Below are positions 42,179 to 53,890 of a stretch of 64,000 bases of DNA, piece by piece. Within the stretch, counting starts at the first letter, position 1. Every line of letters begins with the position of its first letter. Source of the stretch: Guillardia theta CCMP2712 (taxonomy: Eukaryota; Protista; Cryptophyta); NCBI RefSeq assembly GCF_000315625.1, contig NW_005434662.1, positions 340,307-404,306 of the forward strand, written 5' to 3'. Under the pieces are notes generated by a model, which saw only the letters and a program-made list of their open reading frames with translations, made no database searches and was not told the origin of the DNA. The position numbers and the translations under genes are program-made.

Positions 42179-42880
42179 AGTTTCACATTTTTCTTGGGTG
42201 TTTCTTTTTCAAATTCACCCGGCACGACTTATTACCCTGGGGTGGTGTCACTGTGGGGTGGGTGATATCCATCAGGGGTGTCTCGGATACCCGTTATTTG
42301 TCTGTCAGAGACATGGGCAATAACCGGTAGTCAATAATTCTGAGGGGTGACGGAAGCATTGTTGGGGTGGGGTAGATCGTAGTTCATTGCGTCAGTAGCC
42401 GACAGGACGAAAATGGTGAGGTGGAGGGAGGGAGGGGAGAGAGAGGAGAGGGAGAGAAGCAAGAGAGGAGGCAAGGGGAGGAGGGAGAGGAGGAGGGAGG
42501 AGAGATGAAAACGTATGTGTGGAAACCACCGCATGCTCCTCGTGAGATTGAGGCGAGGTAGATGAGAAGAAGTCGACAAGCATGTAGATGTTCTCAGGAC
42601 GATGAGGAAGAAGAGTAGAAGGTTATCAATCAAAATATGCTGACTAGCAACGTTGGTACCTCCATCCAATCTCATAGTAGATCCTCGGTCTACGGGCATC
42701 TTCGTCGCTCACAGGGATAGAAACCAGCATTAGACCAGAAGGGTGGAACTTTGATGATTAGCCGGGTACAGGAGTGCAGGAAAGAAGACGATCTAGATGA
42801 TCGGGTCGTTAAAATGAGCTGACGAGATTGTTCTCCTCACAGCAGTCCATGGTAACAGGGCAAGGTACTCCTCCATCAGG

Positions 42881-43292
42881 ATGGTAACGCGATGACGTGA
42901 CAAGCGAGACTGTGCAGGTTATCCCATGTACCAGCAGTACCAACCTGTGAGCATCGTCGGGGGATATCAGCAATATTCCTACCCCAATATGAATGCTGGT
43001 GAGGGGGAGGGGGAGTTGGAGAGGGGGAGAAATAAAGACGGAGAAAGGGAGAGCGAGAGAGCGAGAGAGTGAGAAAATGTGGGAGGAGAGGGTGAGGGAA
43101 GTGAAGATGTGTTTCTTCAGGTTGGACCAATCAGAGTTGGCCGAGCCAACAGTATGTGCGAGTGCAGGTTCCTGCTCAAGCACAGGCCTCGCAGGTGCAG
43201 TATCAGAGAGTTACCTATACCATGAGTGAGTGGAGATGTTTGCGGGTGAAGGATCTGAATCCCTTGACAGCGAATCCTTATGCAAATCAGAT

Positions 43293-43383
<91 letters not shown>

Positions 43384-44990
43384 GTGTTGTCCAACCAGCA
43401 GACAAGAAGCGTCGTTAGCAGAGGTGACATATCTGTGCCTTTTGGTCTTCTCACTCACCGCGGCTTCTTCTCAAGGGTCTTCTCAGTACAGTCGACCTGT
43501 CTATCAAAATCAGATCGACCAGGCTCGCCGGCCTGCATTGCCCAAGTACCAGCCGACGTCCGCAGGGTCTTCAGCGAGTACCATAAGGAGCGCAACACAG
43601 GCTGGAGTCTCTACGAGGAGCCCAACACAGCCTGTGGTGTCTGCGAGGAGCACGACACAGGCCGGTGAGAATTGTGAAGAGAGAGAGCTGCTGGTGTTGC
43701 GCTGACATGCTGTCAGTTCACAGCCAGATTCAACAGAAAGCTCAGAGCATACAGCAAACGATGGCAGATACAGTGCCGGTCTCTGCCGAGAACCGAGACA
43801 ATTACAGCACTGGCATCAAGCTGCAGGAAGTTCGGGGAGTCGGTCTGCGGGTGTGTCTGCCTCATGTGTCAATTTGCGAATGATTCCCTGCGTCAGGTCG
43901 TCAGGCTGACAAACGGAAGCAGCGCAATGCTGTGCGGACAAATCCATGAAGGTTCTTCCAGGAGGCCCGGGGGGGGGGGGGGGGGGGGGGGGGGCGAAGA
44001 TTTTCTGGCAGAGCATCAACGCCCTGCCCTGAAATAATCAGGGAGCGAAGATTCCCTTCCGCTCTTCGCCTGGCGCCTCCTCCNNNNNNNNNNNNNNNNN
44101 NNNNNNNNNNNNNNNNNNNNNNNNNNNNNNNNNNNNNNNNNNNNNNNNNNNNNNNNNNNNNNNNNNNNNNNNNNNNNNNNNNNCTCCTCCTCTCCTCCTC
44201 ACCTCCTTCCTCTCCTCCTCCTCTCCTCCTCTCCTCCTCTCCTCCTCTCCTCCTCTCCTCCTCTCCTCCTCTCCTCCTTCCCTGAGATCCTTCAGGTCCT
44301 CGTGGCTCTCGTGTCACCCTGCACTTCCGCAACGGTTATGGGCAGGTGACGCTGACGCTTGTCGGTCGAGCGATGACACGCGGAGCAGAACTACAGCATA
44401 GACCTCGTGAGGAACGTCCGCAGCTCCAAGAGGGCTGAGGCAAGCAGCAGTGCTGCAAGGTACCTCCCCCCCACCTCCCTCGCTGCTTCTGGTCAGCCAG
44501 CTGACGTTGACTCGTCAGGTCGATCCTGCAAGCGGGCACAAGAAATTCCTCAGACGTGCGTGCAACTTTGAAACGCTCTGCACGTGTCCTGACATGCACG
44601 CAGAACCTGGCGTACGCTCAGGCGCCGCCGCTCAACAGTGACATGTTCACTTCGGGAGGATCCTTGGTTCGCCAGCAGGTGCTACAAATGGCTGAAGCTA
44701 ACAGGATGCAGGCAGGAGACTCGATCGCAGGAGACTCGTTCACGCCCTCCATCGCCATGGGAGATGACGACTATGGTAAGACAAGCTTCTATGCGGCGAT
44801 GCAAGGAGGGTTTCAACTAACTAGACAACAGGTGAACAGATGTGAGGACTATCCCTGTTACGTCGATGATTTGCTGCACATGATGCTAATAAGCACAAAT
44901 TCAACTTGTTATTCATTGAAGGCTCTCGGATCAATAAACTACCAACTTGCCAATATTTACAGCCATGCCCTGCATTCATATGGACGAAGA
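42881..44990 (+). CDS. Hypothetical polyglutamine-containing protein, many micro-exons
   Basis: CAA/CAG run at 43294-43383 in an open exon. A series of short GT-AG exons with CTGAC branch points. No recognised domain; spans an N gap. Confidence 0.5.
44084..44183. other. Assembly gap (100 N)
   Basis: N run. Confidence 1.
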
Positions 44991-45005
44991 GGTTTGCGAT
45001 GGATC

Positions 45006-47230
45006 TCATTGCTCTTTGTGTATTCCTCGCTTCTTATTTCTGTACAAGCAAGGGTCACCCCAATGAGCCGCTGCAATCTCCTCAGACCTTCTTTTCTGCT
45101 TCTTCAGCTCTAATCTCTTCCGCTCCGCGATGATCTGCATGACTCGGGCAGTCACTCGCACAACAAACTCAGATGTTTCGTTCGCACTTTGGACTTGTAG
45201 AAATTGTCCAGCGGGTGCTGCCACACACTCGACCCGCTCTCCCGGTGGTGATAGAAGACCTCGCCGTGATCGTTGGTATGCTGGGATCATGTCAGTAAAA
45301 CTCTCAGAGACGCAGCGAACTACTTCCGACCACCCGTCGGGAAGGGGAGCCACCAGCCCCTCCTGCATGCGCAGTCACTTCACGCTGAGAGCCCAAGCGA
45401 GAGGATTCAGACCTGAGCGATGCGAAGCAGCTGGGGTTCTCTCAAAGGGTCGACGCCCAAGTACTTGGCGTACTCGATGACCTTGATAAGAATTCTTTCA
45501 ATGAAACTTGAGGGAGCAATGAACGATGTAAATTTACATCTGCTGCATCGGCAGCTACGCAGCCCTCCAGTCTCTCTCGATCTTGAGCTCTTTCAAGATG
45601 CCTGTTGAAGGGAGCAGAGGGTCAGAGGGTCAGAAGACAACGACAGACTTTCAGAGGCGCTCGTAACCTGAAAGATCCTCTACCCTCGCTGTCTGCACTT
45701 CGACTGAACAGTGACGTGTGAGTAAATCCCTCGGGATCAACAACAACACTTACATGGAAGACGAGCTCAATGAAACTCCTGAGTTGTCTGAAGTCAGCGA
45801 GTGCCCATCTGAGTCTCTGCATCTGCCGTGTTGCATCAGAACAACACTTGGTAAAGTTCCAAAGTTCCTCACCGTTCGAAGCCCTTCTGCTTCATCTGCA
45901 GTGGTTGATGGAAAACGTTTGAAAGAAATGAACGGGCGAGAGAGAGAAAGTGAGGGAGAACAAGTAGAGTCAGTAACAGACACTGACGGAAGGTGAGAGA
46001 GGACGACGGAGGAGGAAAGAGGGGAAGAGAGGGAGAGTGAGGGAGAAAGGGTGTATGTGGAGGAAGCAATGGAAAGGTATCAGTGACGAGGTGAATGAAA
46101 GACCTTCTGTCGCCACGAAGCACTGCCGCCTGTTTCTCGCTTCCAGGAATCCCAGAGACTGTGTTCAGAGTCATTCAGCTCATGAAAAAGTGCACGGGAC
46201 TGAGATCCAAACCTGCTGTCTTCTTCACTATCTGAGTCTTCTTTGTTCACAGCAACATGTATGACCACCTGCAGTCAAGTGTCAGGACCAGGACCAGGAT
46301 TAGGATCTTGTTCAGCATCATCATCATCATCAACATCAACATCAACATCAACATCAACATCAACATCAACAACAACACTATTTTCATCATATTCTGCTCC
46401 ATCAGATCTATATATTTCTCAGAATCACATACTTCCGTCTCTCCATTTTCCAACTCCGTCAATCTCGGAGCTACTGTGCGCTAATGCAAATGATTAGCAG
46501 CAAATGAATTATAATTTCTTCGATGCTCTCACTTTATCGCGGGATATCAATGCAGCCAGTCCCAACCCCTCCTTGAACGAGCTCTGTTGTGACATCAATG
46601 TTTTGCCTGCACTGCTTCTGCCTTCTTACCTGATGCTCCTTCTTGTACCGCGTTATTTCCTGTCGACCGTCATGATCCTCACCACAGCAAAGCAGATGTT
46701 CTAACCTCCGCCACTTCCTCGTTCAGAAAGTCGTTCTTGAGCCTCTCCAGTGCTGCAGCAGTGATCGACTTTTGCCCTCCACCGCTTCTCTGATGTCGCA
46801 AGAGAGCAGTCAGGTCAACTAGATCGGAGGATTGAATGGAGTTTAGCACACCTGCATTGATTGTGTTGGCGGCACTCAGAACCTGTCAGGATTCAGGTGA
46901 GTAGAGACGTAACATCTCGACACTTCAACTTCTAACAGTAGTTGGTGCATACACTAGTTCTTGAGTACGTGTATGGCTGAAGTTCTGTTACAGTAGCATC
47001 TATCGATCTACACAAGACTGCTGGTACAAGAACAGGTAACGATACTATCGCAGGCAAACAACTTGTGTGCTACAATCATGTAAATCCTGTATCTTCACGG
47101 TTTTGTATGGTCTTGAACGACAGATCAGCCTATCACACTGCAAGCTCGTCTTGGTCATCATCGTCATCGTCATCGCCATCGTCATCGTCATCGTCTTCAT
47201 CATCGTAACTCGCATCCATCTCCGCCGTTT
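45006..47230 (-). CDS. Protein with C-terminal CEP164-type WW module, multi-exon
   Basis: Spliced IEYAKYLGVDPLREPQLLRIA/EGLVAPLPDGWSE/HTNDHGEVFYHHRESGSSVWQHPLDNFYK. Upstream exons are poorly conserved and the start is uncertain. Confidence 0.7.
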
Positions 47231-47700
47231 GACAAGGGCAACTGCCATCTTATCATTCCGGAGTATATATGTAGTATATATACGTATAAATATTCATTTT
47301 ATAAATGTACCACTATATCACCGTAGGTACCAATTAATCACTTATTTCTACACATTTCATAAAGACTGTCTTGCTGGTACTAGTGCCTAGCCAGTGAGAC
47401 CTGACAGGATTGGCATGCAAGTTCGAGTCACTTGAAGCCTTCAACGTCCTACTTGACAACCACGGGAGGTCTGACGGCTCAAGTCAAGTCACAACTGAAC
47501 CACTCGGGAGTCGCCGCTTGTATCCCTCGCCCTACAGCACCAGCTGAAGGCCTCCCGCATGCGGTATGGGTCACCATCGTGACATCCTAACAGCTGTTCG
47601 AACCAGCTAAGATGGCCCCCGGCAACGTGACATTCGTTAATCCAATCCCTCAATCGCACTCTGCTTGAATCATCATAAGACGGCAACTGCGTGCCCCCGT

Positions 47701-48528
47701 CCCGTCATCGCCGTCTCAAACCCGTGGCGCTTTATGAACCGATTGCACCATCCCTTCGTCGCCCGAAACCCTCAGCCCAAGCTCCCCCGCTAACTCCTTG
47801 GCCTTCGTCCGGATCAGCTGCCTCCACTGCCCGTCCTGCTGGCTCATCTCCACGTACTCGTGCAGCCGCCGCTCCAGCTCCAAGTTGTGCGACCTCGCGC
47901 AGCTGCTCTGCGTCGCCTTCACCCCGACGCTTTGGATGGACCTCAGCCTCGCGACGTTGTCCGGCCGCAGGATCTTGGAGATGGCGGACTTGCTCTTGCC
48001 AAAGCGGGCTGCCAGCACGGACTGCGGAGTGCTGTTGACCTGATAGTCGTGGATGATGGCGAGCTTCTGGGCGATGGAGAGCTTGGTCTTGCTGCGGCAC
48101 GTGAGGCTGTGCTGTGCCTTGCGAGCATCGCTCCAGCGGCTGGACTTTTGCAGAGGACCCGACGAGGTCCACGGCGGGGCAGGCGAGGGGTCCTGACAGC
48201 ACGTGACGGCAGGGAGACAGGGTGGAGCCGTCAAAGCACTACTCAGCTCCGCCTGGGCTGGCGCCTCGAGGGCAGAGGCAACGCTCTCCTCCTGGATGGA
48301 AGCGGCAGGGAGAGCCCTGAACAAGATGTCCACCGCGTCGTCCATGCCACGGAAGGTGTCCTCCGGAATACACTGGTCGTGTGTAGCAGCGTCAGGCTCG
48401 TCAGGTCGATCCGGATCTTGATGGAGGTACACGAAGCAGCACTCTGCTAGGGGCATGGGAGCGATGCCCCACTGTTGCATTCGAGCTTGAGCTTGAGCGA
48501 TGTAGTAATCCTGATCTGAGCTGGACAT
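47701..48528 (-). pseudogene. CENP-B/pogo-Tigger-type HTH (psq + Tc5 HTH) gene, copy A, frameshifted
   Basis: KTKLSIAQKLAII...QSVLAARFGKSKSAISKIL and ELERRLHEYV. A 2-bp deletion near 47770 removes GFRATKGWCNRF. Two in-frame deletions relative to copy B. Confidence 0.8.
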
Positions 48529-49459
48529 GAGTTTGCTATTAGGAAGGCTAGTGCTGGATTTGTGCAGGGCGGAGTGTCTGTTTTACCAGGGGAAGGGAAG
48601 TACAGCGGGAGCAGAGACCATCGGTCCCGGGTGCAAGCCTCGGCACAAGGGGGAAGGCAGCAATCTCCCTGGGAGACGGGGAGACTGCAGGAGGGAAGGG
48701 AAGGGAAGCAGGGATTGTGAGAGGGGAGGGGAGGGAGGGAAGCTGCAGGGGAAAGAGAAGGGGTCGAGTGGAAGCTTGTAGAGCGAAGCGCCTGTCGGAT
48801 CCGTCACGGTTGGGTCGATGATAGAGTCAACGGGGGGGGGGGGGGTTATGGGGGGTTGCTGGGGGCCCATTTTGGGCTGAAGCGGGTGGGTCCAAAAGGG
48901 GGCGGTTAACTTCCAAGGCGTTCATGACCTGACACTAGTACTGAAAACGACCCTCGTTGATTGCGGGGGGTTACGAGATCAACTTCGGGTTATTACCGAT
49001 ACATGATACATCCACATACGGTGATACGCGGTGTTCTCCGTGCTTTGAAGTTCAGTATCAGGCGGCGGCCCCGGCCACTGATCCGCCCAACTGAGCCGTA
49101 AAGAGACTTGTGGCACCCGTCTCCGCAGTCACTGACGGCGTGTCGGATGTTTGAGAGTCAAGTTTCTCCGTAGTAAAGTCTGATTGAACAAACGTACTGC
49201 TTTTTAACTTAACTTTGAGTAAAGAATAAACCTCCGAACATTGTTCTTAAACCAGCCGGCGGCCGCTCCGAGTAACTGGGCTAAGCGCTTGGGCGGCGGC
49301 CCGGGCAGGGCCCGGGGGCCCGCCCGGCCTGGGGCCGGGGGCCCGGCCCGGGAGGAGGCCCCCGATTCCGAGTGCCCGAAGTTTGCCGCCCGGTGACAGC
49401 GAGTCCCGGCCCGGGCGCCCGGGCGCCCGGCCGCCGCCGCGCGGCAGTCCGGGGCACAC

Positions 49460-49760
49460 GCCATGTCGATCTCGTACGGTACTCGACGATGAGGTTCCTC
49501 GCTTCCGGGCCTTGGCATTTCTCTCTGGGGTTGATCCAGTCCCGAGGGCCGCGGCTTCCCCATGCTGCGGCTGCTGCGCGTAGTTGATGCTCAGCGGCTG
49601 GTGGTTTGGTGCCTCCGCCGTGTGACGAAAACATCGGCTCCCTCTTCCAGCAGCATGCGCGCCATCGCCACGTCATTCCTGTAGTGCAACGGTCTGACGA
49701 GCTTGTGGCCTCGAATCCAGCTGCGGCACGAGCGGCTGCCAGCAGACACGGCATACTCCG
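49460..49760 (-). pseudogene. Ankyrin-repeat gene fragment
   Basis: PLHYRNDVAMARMLLEEGADV ankyrin-like unit, followed by an in-frame stop. Confidence 0.55.
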
Positions 49761-49910
49761 TCGTAGAGGATAAGAAATAAGATCCTGTTTGCTGGAATTC
49801 AGGAGGGGTCAGGGCGGCAGGCAGGGGTAGGCGCGGCTTCGGCCTGCATCGGCTAGGCTTGTCGCTAGAAGAAAGATTCTTCGATACCATACTCATCAAG
49901 CTCGAGACAG

Positions 49911-50510
49911 GTGCGCTTGCTCACCGACAGACGATGCGACTGGGGGAGAATCCTGGAGCAGGAAGCCGCAAGAGAGGACACCGTATTCTGGGATCAGAAT
50001 GTCCCGAGAGACATCGACCATATCCTCCGTGATGATACCCTCTGCCCGGGTTACATGATGAATAGAGCTTCAGGGGAGGCTGAAGAATACTCCTGGGTCA
50101 AGTTCGTTATCGGAATCGATGATCAGATGGGTACTCTTTACGCTGGGCTCAGGAGGCTTGTGGAGGTGATGGAAAACACGGCATCTTGCCTTCAGAGTCC
50201 GGAGGTAGCTGGACGCTGGTCGTACACTAACGCAAGGTACAATGACTCTGCCTACAAGTACACCATCCTCCCTCTCGACAAGTCGCAGGAGGGAGGAAAA
50301 ATCTCCTTTAAGGTCTTTTATGTGCAATCTGATGACCAAGACGAAGACGAGAGCGCGATCTACAGACGGATCGGGATGGGAGGAGGAGTGTTGACTCAAC
50401 CCACACAAGATCAGCCTGCAGCCATTGGTCATGGGGAAGATAACCCCCTCATCCCCCCTCAGCGCGAGACTGATCGCGAGCAGGATCGCGAGCTGGATCG
50501 CGAGGGCTGA
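49911..50510 (+). CDS. Intronless hypothetical protein, possibly 5' truncated
   Basis: 199-codon open frame with globular composition. Its TGA overlaps the ATG of the next ORF. Confidence 0.5.
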   Translation: MRLLTDRRCDWGRILEQEAAREDTVFWDQNVPRDIDHILRDDTLCPGYMMNRASGEAEEYSWVKFVIGIDDQMGTLYAGLRRLVEVMENTASCLQSPEVAGRWSYTNARYNDSAYKYTILPLDKSQEGGKISFKVFYVQSDDQDEDESAIYRRIGMGGGVLTQPTQDQPAAIGHGEDNPLIPPQRETDREQDRELDREG

Positions 50511-51086
50511 TGGAAGAGTTCTTGCCGCTGCAGATGACCTGGGAAGTAGCCATACAGATCAGAGAGATCGAGCGGATCGAGGAGCTGATCCGGGGGGAAC
50601 AAACTTCTTCTCTGCGAGCCCCTGCGTGTGAAAAGGGTCATCAACTCGCCGCGTCTGCAGCACAACGATCGCTTCCATGTGCTGCCAATCGTAGCTGCTG
50701 CTCTGTACCGCAGGTTCGACGTCGTCGATGTGCTGCTCCCGCATTACCGAGCGGAGGAGATGCCTATAGACGTGTTTTTGCTGACCGTCTTGTCCAGCAG
50801 CGAGCGAGCTCGTCGTGAGCTGGAGGATACGATGCGGAATGATCCCCGCTTCCACAGACAGACCTGCCCAGACAACATCTTCACGGGACGTCGGCGCATC
50901 ATGCATCCCCTCGCTGCCGCTCGATCGGAAGAGGATCTCAGGCTCGTCAGCTGCTACACCATCGAGATCGCTACAAAGCTACAGCTAACGGACACAATCG
51001 AGCTCCTCCTCAGACTGGGCTCCGAATACACGCCCATCTCTGCCCGGCAGCTGCGGTGGAGGAGGTTCGGAGGTTCTTGCGAATAG
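50510..51086 (+). pseudogene. Degenerate ankyrin-like ORF with frameshift in a G run near 50592-50597
   Basis: MEEFLPLQ...IEELIRG continues in another frame as TNFFSASPCV...LPIVAAALYRRFDVVDVLL...IATKLQLTDTIELLLRLG. Confidence 0.5.
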
Positions 51087-51165
51087 CTAGGGCTCGCATC
51101 GTCGACCAACACTTTGACGGAAGACGTGCCGAGGAGGCAAACATCCAGACAATGACAGCCCTGAT

Positions 51166-51395
51166 TTATGCAGCCCATGTCGTGATCAGACTGCGGTTCT
51201 TGGTGACAACAGTGATGTGATCGGAGACTTCGAAATCCACGACGGACAGTGTCTCGGATGACCTCGAAGTTGATATCTCGTTCTTGCATGCGCTGTAGAG
51301 CATGGAAGATGAGCTGCTGATGCATCATGTTGCCCTTGTACGTTGGGGTGATCTCCTTCTACGCCTGCGGGGCCTGTGTTTGCAGGAGCAGCCAT
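51166..51395 (-). pseudogene. DUF4258-like small domain, split across three frames
   Basis: HALQRMQERDINFEVIRDTVRRG fits the HAxxRMxERxI pattern. The C-terminal strand ITVVTKNRSLITTW* is in another frame. Confidence 0.55.
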
Positions 51396-51841
51396 GGAGT
51401 TTGTCGTCAGAGTGAGAAGGGAAGGGATATGCTCAGAAGCTTGCCCGGTACGTTTACTTTCGGATTGAATCTTCATGTTGAGGGAAGAATTCTTACCTCC
51501 CATAAACCAAAACTGCGGATAAAGGTTCAAAATGGAATACAACCATTGCCCTCATGTTATGTGGCCAATCAAGCGACCGGAACTTCAAGCGGCGGCCAGC
51601 ACAAGCGCATCAGACGTGTGTAGGAGCCACAGACGGGACGTCACGACTCAAGCACTCCAGGATAGTATAATCAATCAAATTTAGTCTAGGCCCATCAGGC
51701 AAACGTTTGGAATGAGCCAATCAAACTAACTGTCTAAACAATGTCTGAACAAAGAAGCCAAAACGGCAGCGGCCCTTGTGTAAGGAGGGGGAACCAAGCT
51801 TGGTCGAACGCCTATCAGCAGCGGCCGATCAACGCAAACGC

Positions 51842-52861
51842 TTAAAAGTACTCAGAACTGCCAGCGCATGCCCCCGTCATCGCCGTCTCAAACCCGTGGC
51901 GCTGTATGAACCGATTGCACCATCCCTTCGTCGCCCGAAACCCGCTCAGCCCAAGCTCCCCCGCTAACTCCTTGGCCTTCGTCCGGATCAGCTGCCTCCA
52001 CTGCCCGTCCTGCTGGCTCATCTCCACGTACTCGTGCAGCCGCCGCTCCAGCTCCAAGTTGTGCGACCTCGCGCAGCTGCTCTGCGTCGCCTTCACCCCG
52101 ACGCTTTGGATGGACCTCAGCCTCGCGACGTTGTCCGGCCGCAGGATCTTGGAGATGGCGGACTTGCTCTTGCCAAAGCGGGCTGCCAGCACGGACTGCG
52201 GAGTGCTGTTGACCTGATAGTCGTGGATGATGGCGAGCTTCTGGGCGATGGAGAGCTTGGTCTTGCTGCGGCACGTGAGGCTGTGCTGTGCCTTGCGAGC
52301 ATCGCTCCAGCGGCTGGACTTTTGCAGAGGACCCGACGAGGTCCACGGCGGGGCAGGCGAGGGGTCCTGACAGCACGTGACGGCAGGGAGACAGGGTGGA
52401 GCCGTCAAAGCACTACTCAGCTCCCGCCCCCCCCTCTCCCCTCCCCCTACCGGCTTACCTGCTCTCATCTTCGTTGCCTGGGCTGGCGCCTCGAGGGCAG
52501 AGGCAACGCTCTCCTCCTGGATGGAAGCGGCAGGGAGAGCCCTGAAGAAGATGTCCACCGCGTCGTCCATGCCACGGAAGGTGTCCTCCGGGATACACCA
52601 AGAATGATCATGCACCGCTGCTGTGCCGGCCGCATGGTCGTGTGTAGCAGCGTCAGGCTCGTCAGGTCGATCCGGATCTTGATGGAGGTACACGAAGCAG
52701 CACTCTGCTAGGGGCATGGGAGCGATGCCCCACTGTTGCATTCGAGCTTGAGCTTGAGCGATGTAGTCATCCTGATCTGAGGTGGAGCTGAGGCAGTGCT
52801 GTCTTGGAGCTTGATCGCTGGTATGAGAGGAGATTGGGAGTACAGCGGGAGCAGAGAGCAT
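51842..52861 (-). CDS. CENP-B/pogo-Tigger-type HTH DNA-binding protein without DDE domain, copy B (intact frame)
   Basis: psq HTH plus Tc5 HTH ending GFRATKGWCNRFIQRHGF, with a stop 15 codons later. The true start may be the ATG near 52742. Confidence 0.82.
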   Translation of the reverse strand: MLSAPAVLPISSHTSDQAPRQHCLSSTSDQDDYIAQAQARMQQWGIAPMPLAECCFVYLHQDPDRPDEPDAATHDHAAGTAAVHDHSWCIPEDTFRGMDDAVDIFFRALPAASIQEESVASALEAPAQATKMRAGKPVGGGERGGRELSSALTAPPCLPAVTCCQDPSPAPPWTSSGPLQKSSRWSDARKAQHSLTCRSKTKLSIAQKLAIIHDYQVNSTPQSVLAARFGKSKSAISKILRPDNVARLRSIQSVGVKATQSSCARSHNLELERRLHEYVEMSQQDGQWRQLIRTKAKELAGELGLSGFRATKGWCNRFIQRHGFETAMTGACAGSSEYF

Positions 52862-53101
52862 CGGTGCACGCAGTCATAAACTGAACTCGTAAGCGCCTAA
52901 AAAGGGTGGGTCCAAAGGGAGGCTTGTTAACTTCAGGCCCCCCCTCGCTGATGGTAGCCGGGCGTCAGGCAGTACCCGCGGCACCGGTCATTGCCCCCTG
53001 GTCCTCTTTGGATAAGTACCGCCGGTCATCCTCCGGCCGCGAGTGACTGGCACCGTGCCATGATATCCTTCCGAAAAACTTGACCAATGACTGCAGTAGG
53101 G

Positions 53102-53890
53102 AACTTAACTTTGAGTAAAGGTAGTAGGGATATACAATCGGATGATGTACCGCTGTACAGCCGTCACTGTGATTGGCTCGCTAGTACTGATTTTCAACTT
53201 GACTTAACGAGTAACTTTGAGTAAAATCATTTCAAAGTTCAGGGGGGGCCGCTCAGCTACAGACGGCACGGGAGCCTGCCGCATGATAGATAAATCGGCG
53301 TCAGTTAAAAAGTGATCCGATATTGTCCTCGTCACTACTGATTTTAACTTAACGCCGGGAACTTCCGAACTTTCCGTTTGACTCGAACCGGCCGGTCCGA
53401 CGGCCACGGACGGGCGGCGGCGTGCGTAATCATTACGTTGAATGGCCCGGCGGGCCTGGTACGGTACGGTAGTACGGCCGTACGCTTCACTGTCACCGGG
53501 CCCCGGGCCATGACCAGACGGTCCGCCGCGCGCGCATCGGGCCCCGGCCGGGGCGGGCCCGGCGCCTGCGGGCCGGCCCGGCCCCGGGCCCGGTTAGCCG
53601 GGGCGTAGTCAACTAGTAACGGCCGCCACGTTCACAGAGTCACTGAGTCAAGTAATGCTCAGCCGCTATCCGAGTTATCTCGGGCCGCCGCACCGTCACA
53701 GTGATGATCATGATCGGACACACCGGGCGCCGTCCGACCGTACTCTGCCCGGAGGGGCCCGGCTCAGCCGTCGGACCACTGAGCCGCGCGGCACCGGACC
53801 GCCGTACGGTGCCACGGTGCGATGGAGTCTCCGAGCACATACACTTCCCGGAGTACTAGTGTACCAGGATCCTTTACTCAAAGTTAAAGT
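53102..53890. mobile_element. Candidate MITE-like element: inverted AACTTTGAGTAAAGG ends around a GC-rich palindromic core
   Basis: AACTTTGAGTAAAGG at 53107-53121 and its reverse complement CCTTTACTCAAAGTT at 53871-53885. Further copies at 53213 and 49211. Confidence 0.45.

Noticed and set aside
47489-47686. 65-aa minus-strand ORF next to HTH copy A
   Set aside because: No recognisable family and too short to call.
51560-51725. CCAATCA boxes and TATAAT as a defined promoter
   Set aside because: Motifs too short to be distinguished from chance without TSS data.
47701-52861. HTH duplicates as LTRs or as an autonomous pogo transposon
   Set aside because: No gag, RT or integrase lies between them, there are no TG..CA ends, no DDE domain, and no clear TIR/TA target duplication.
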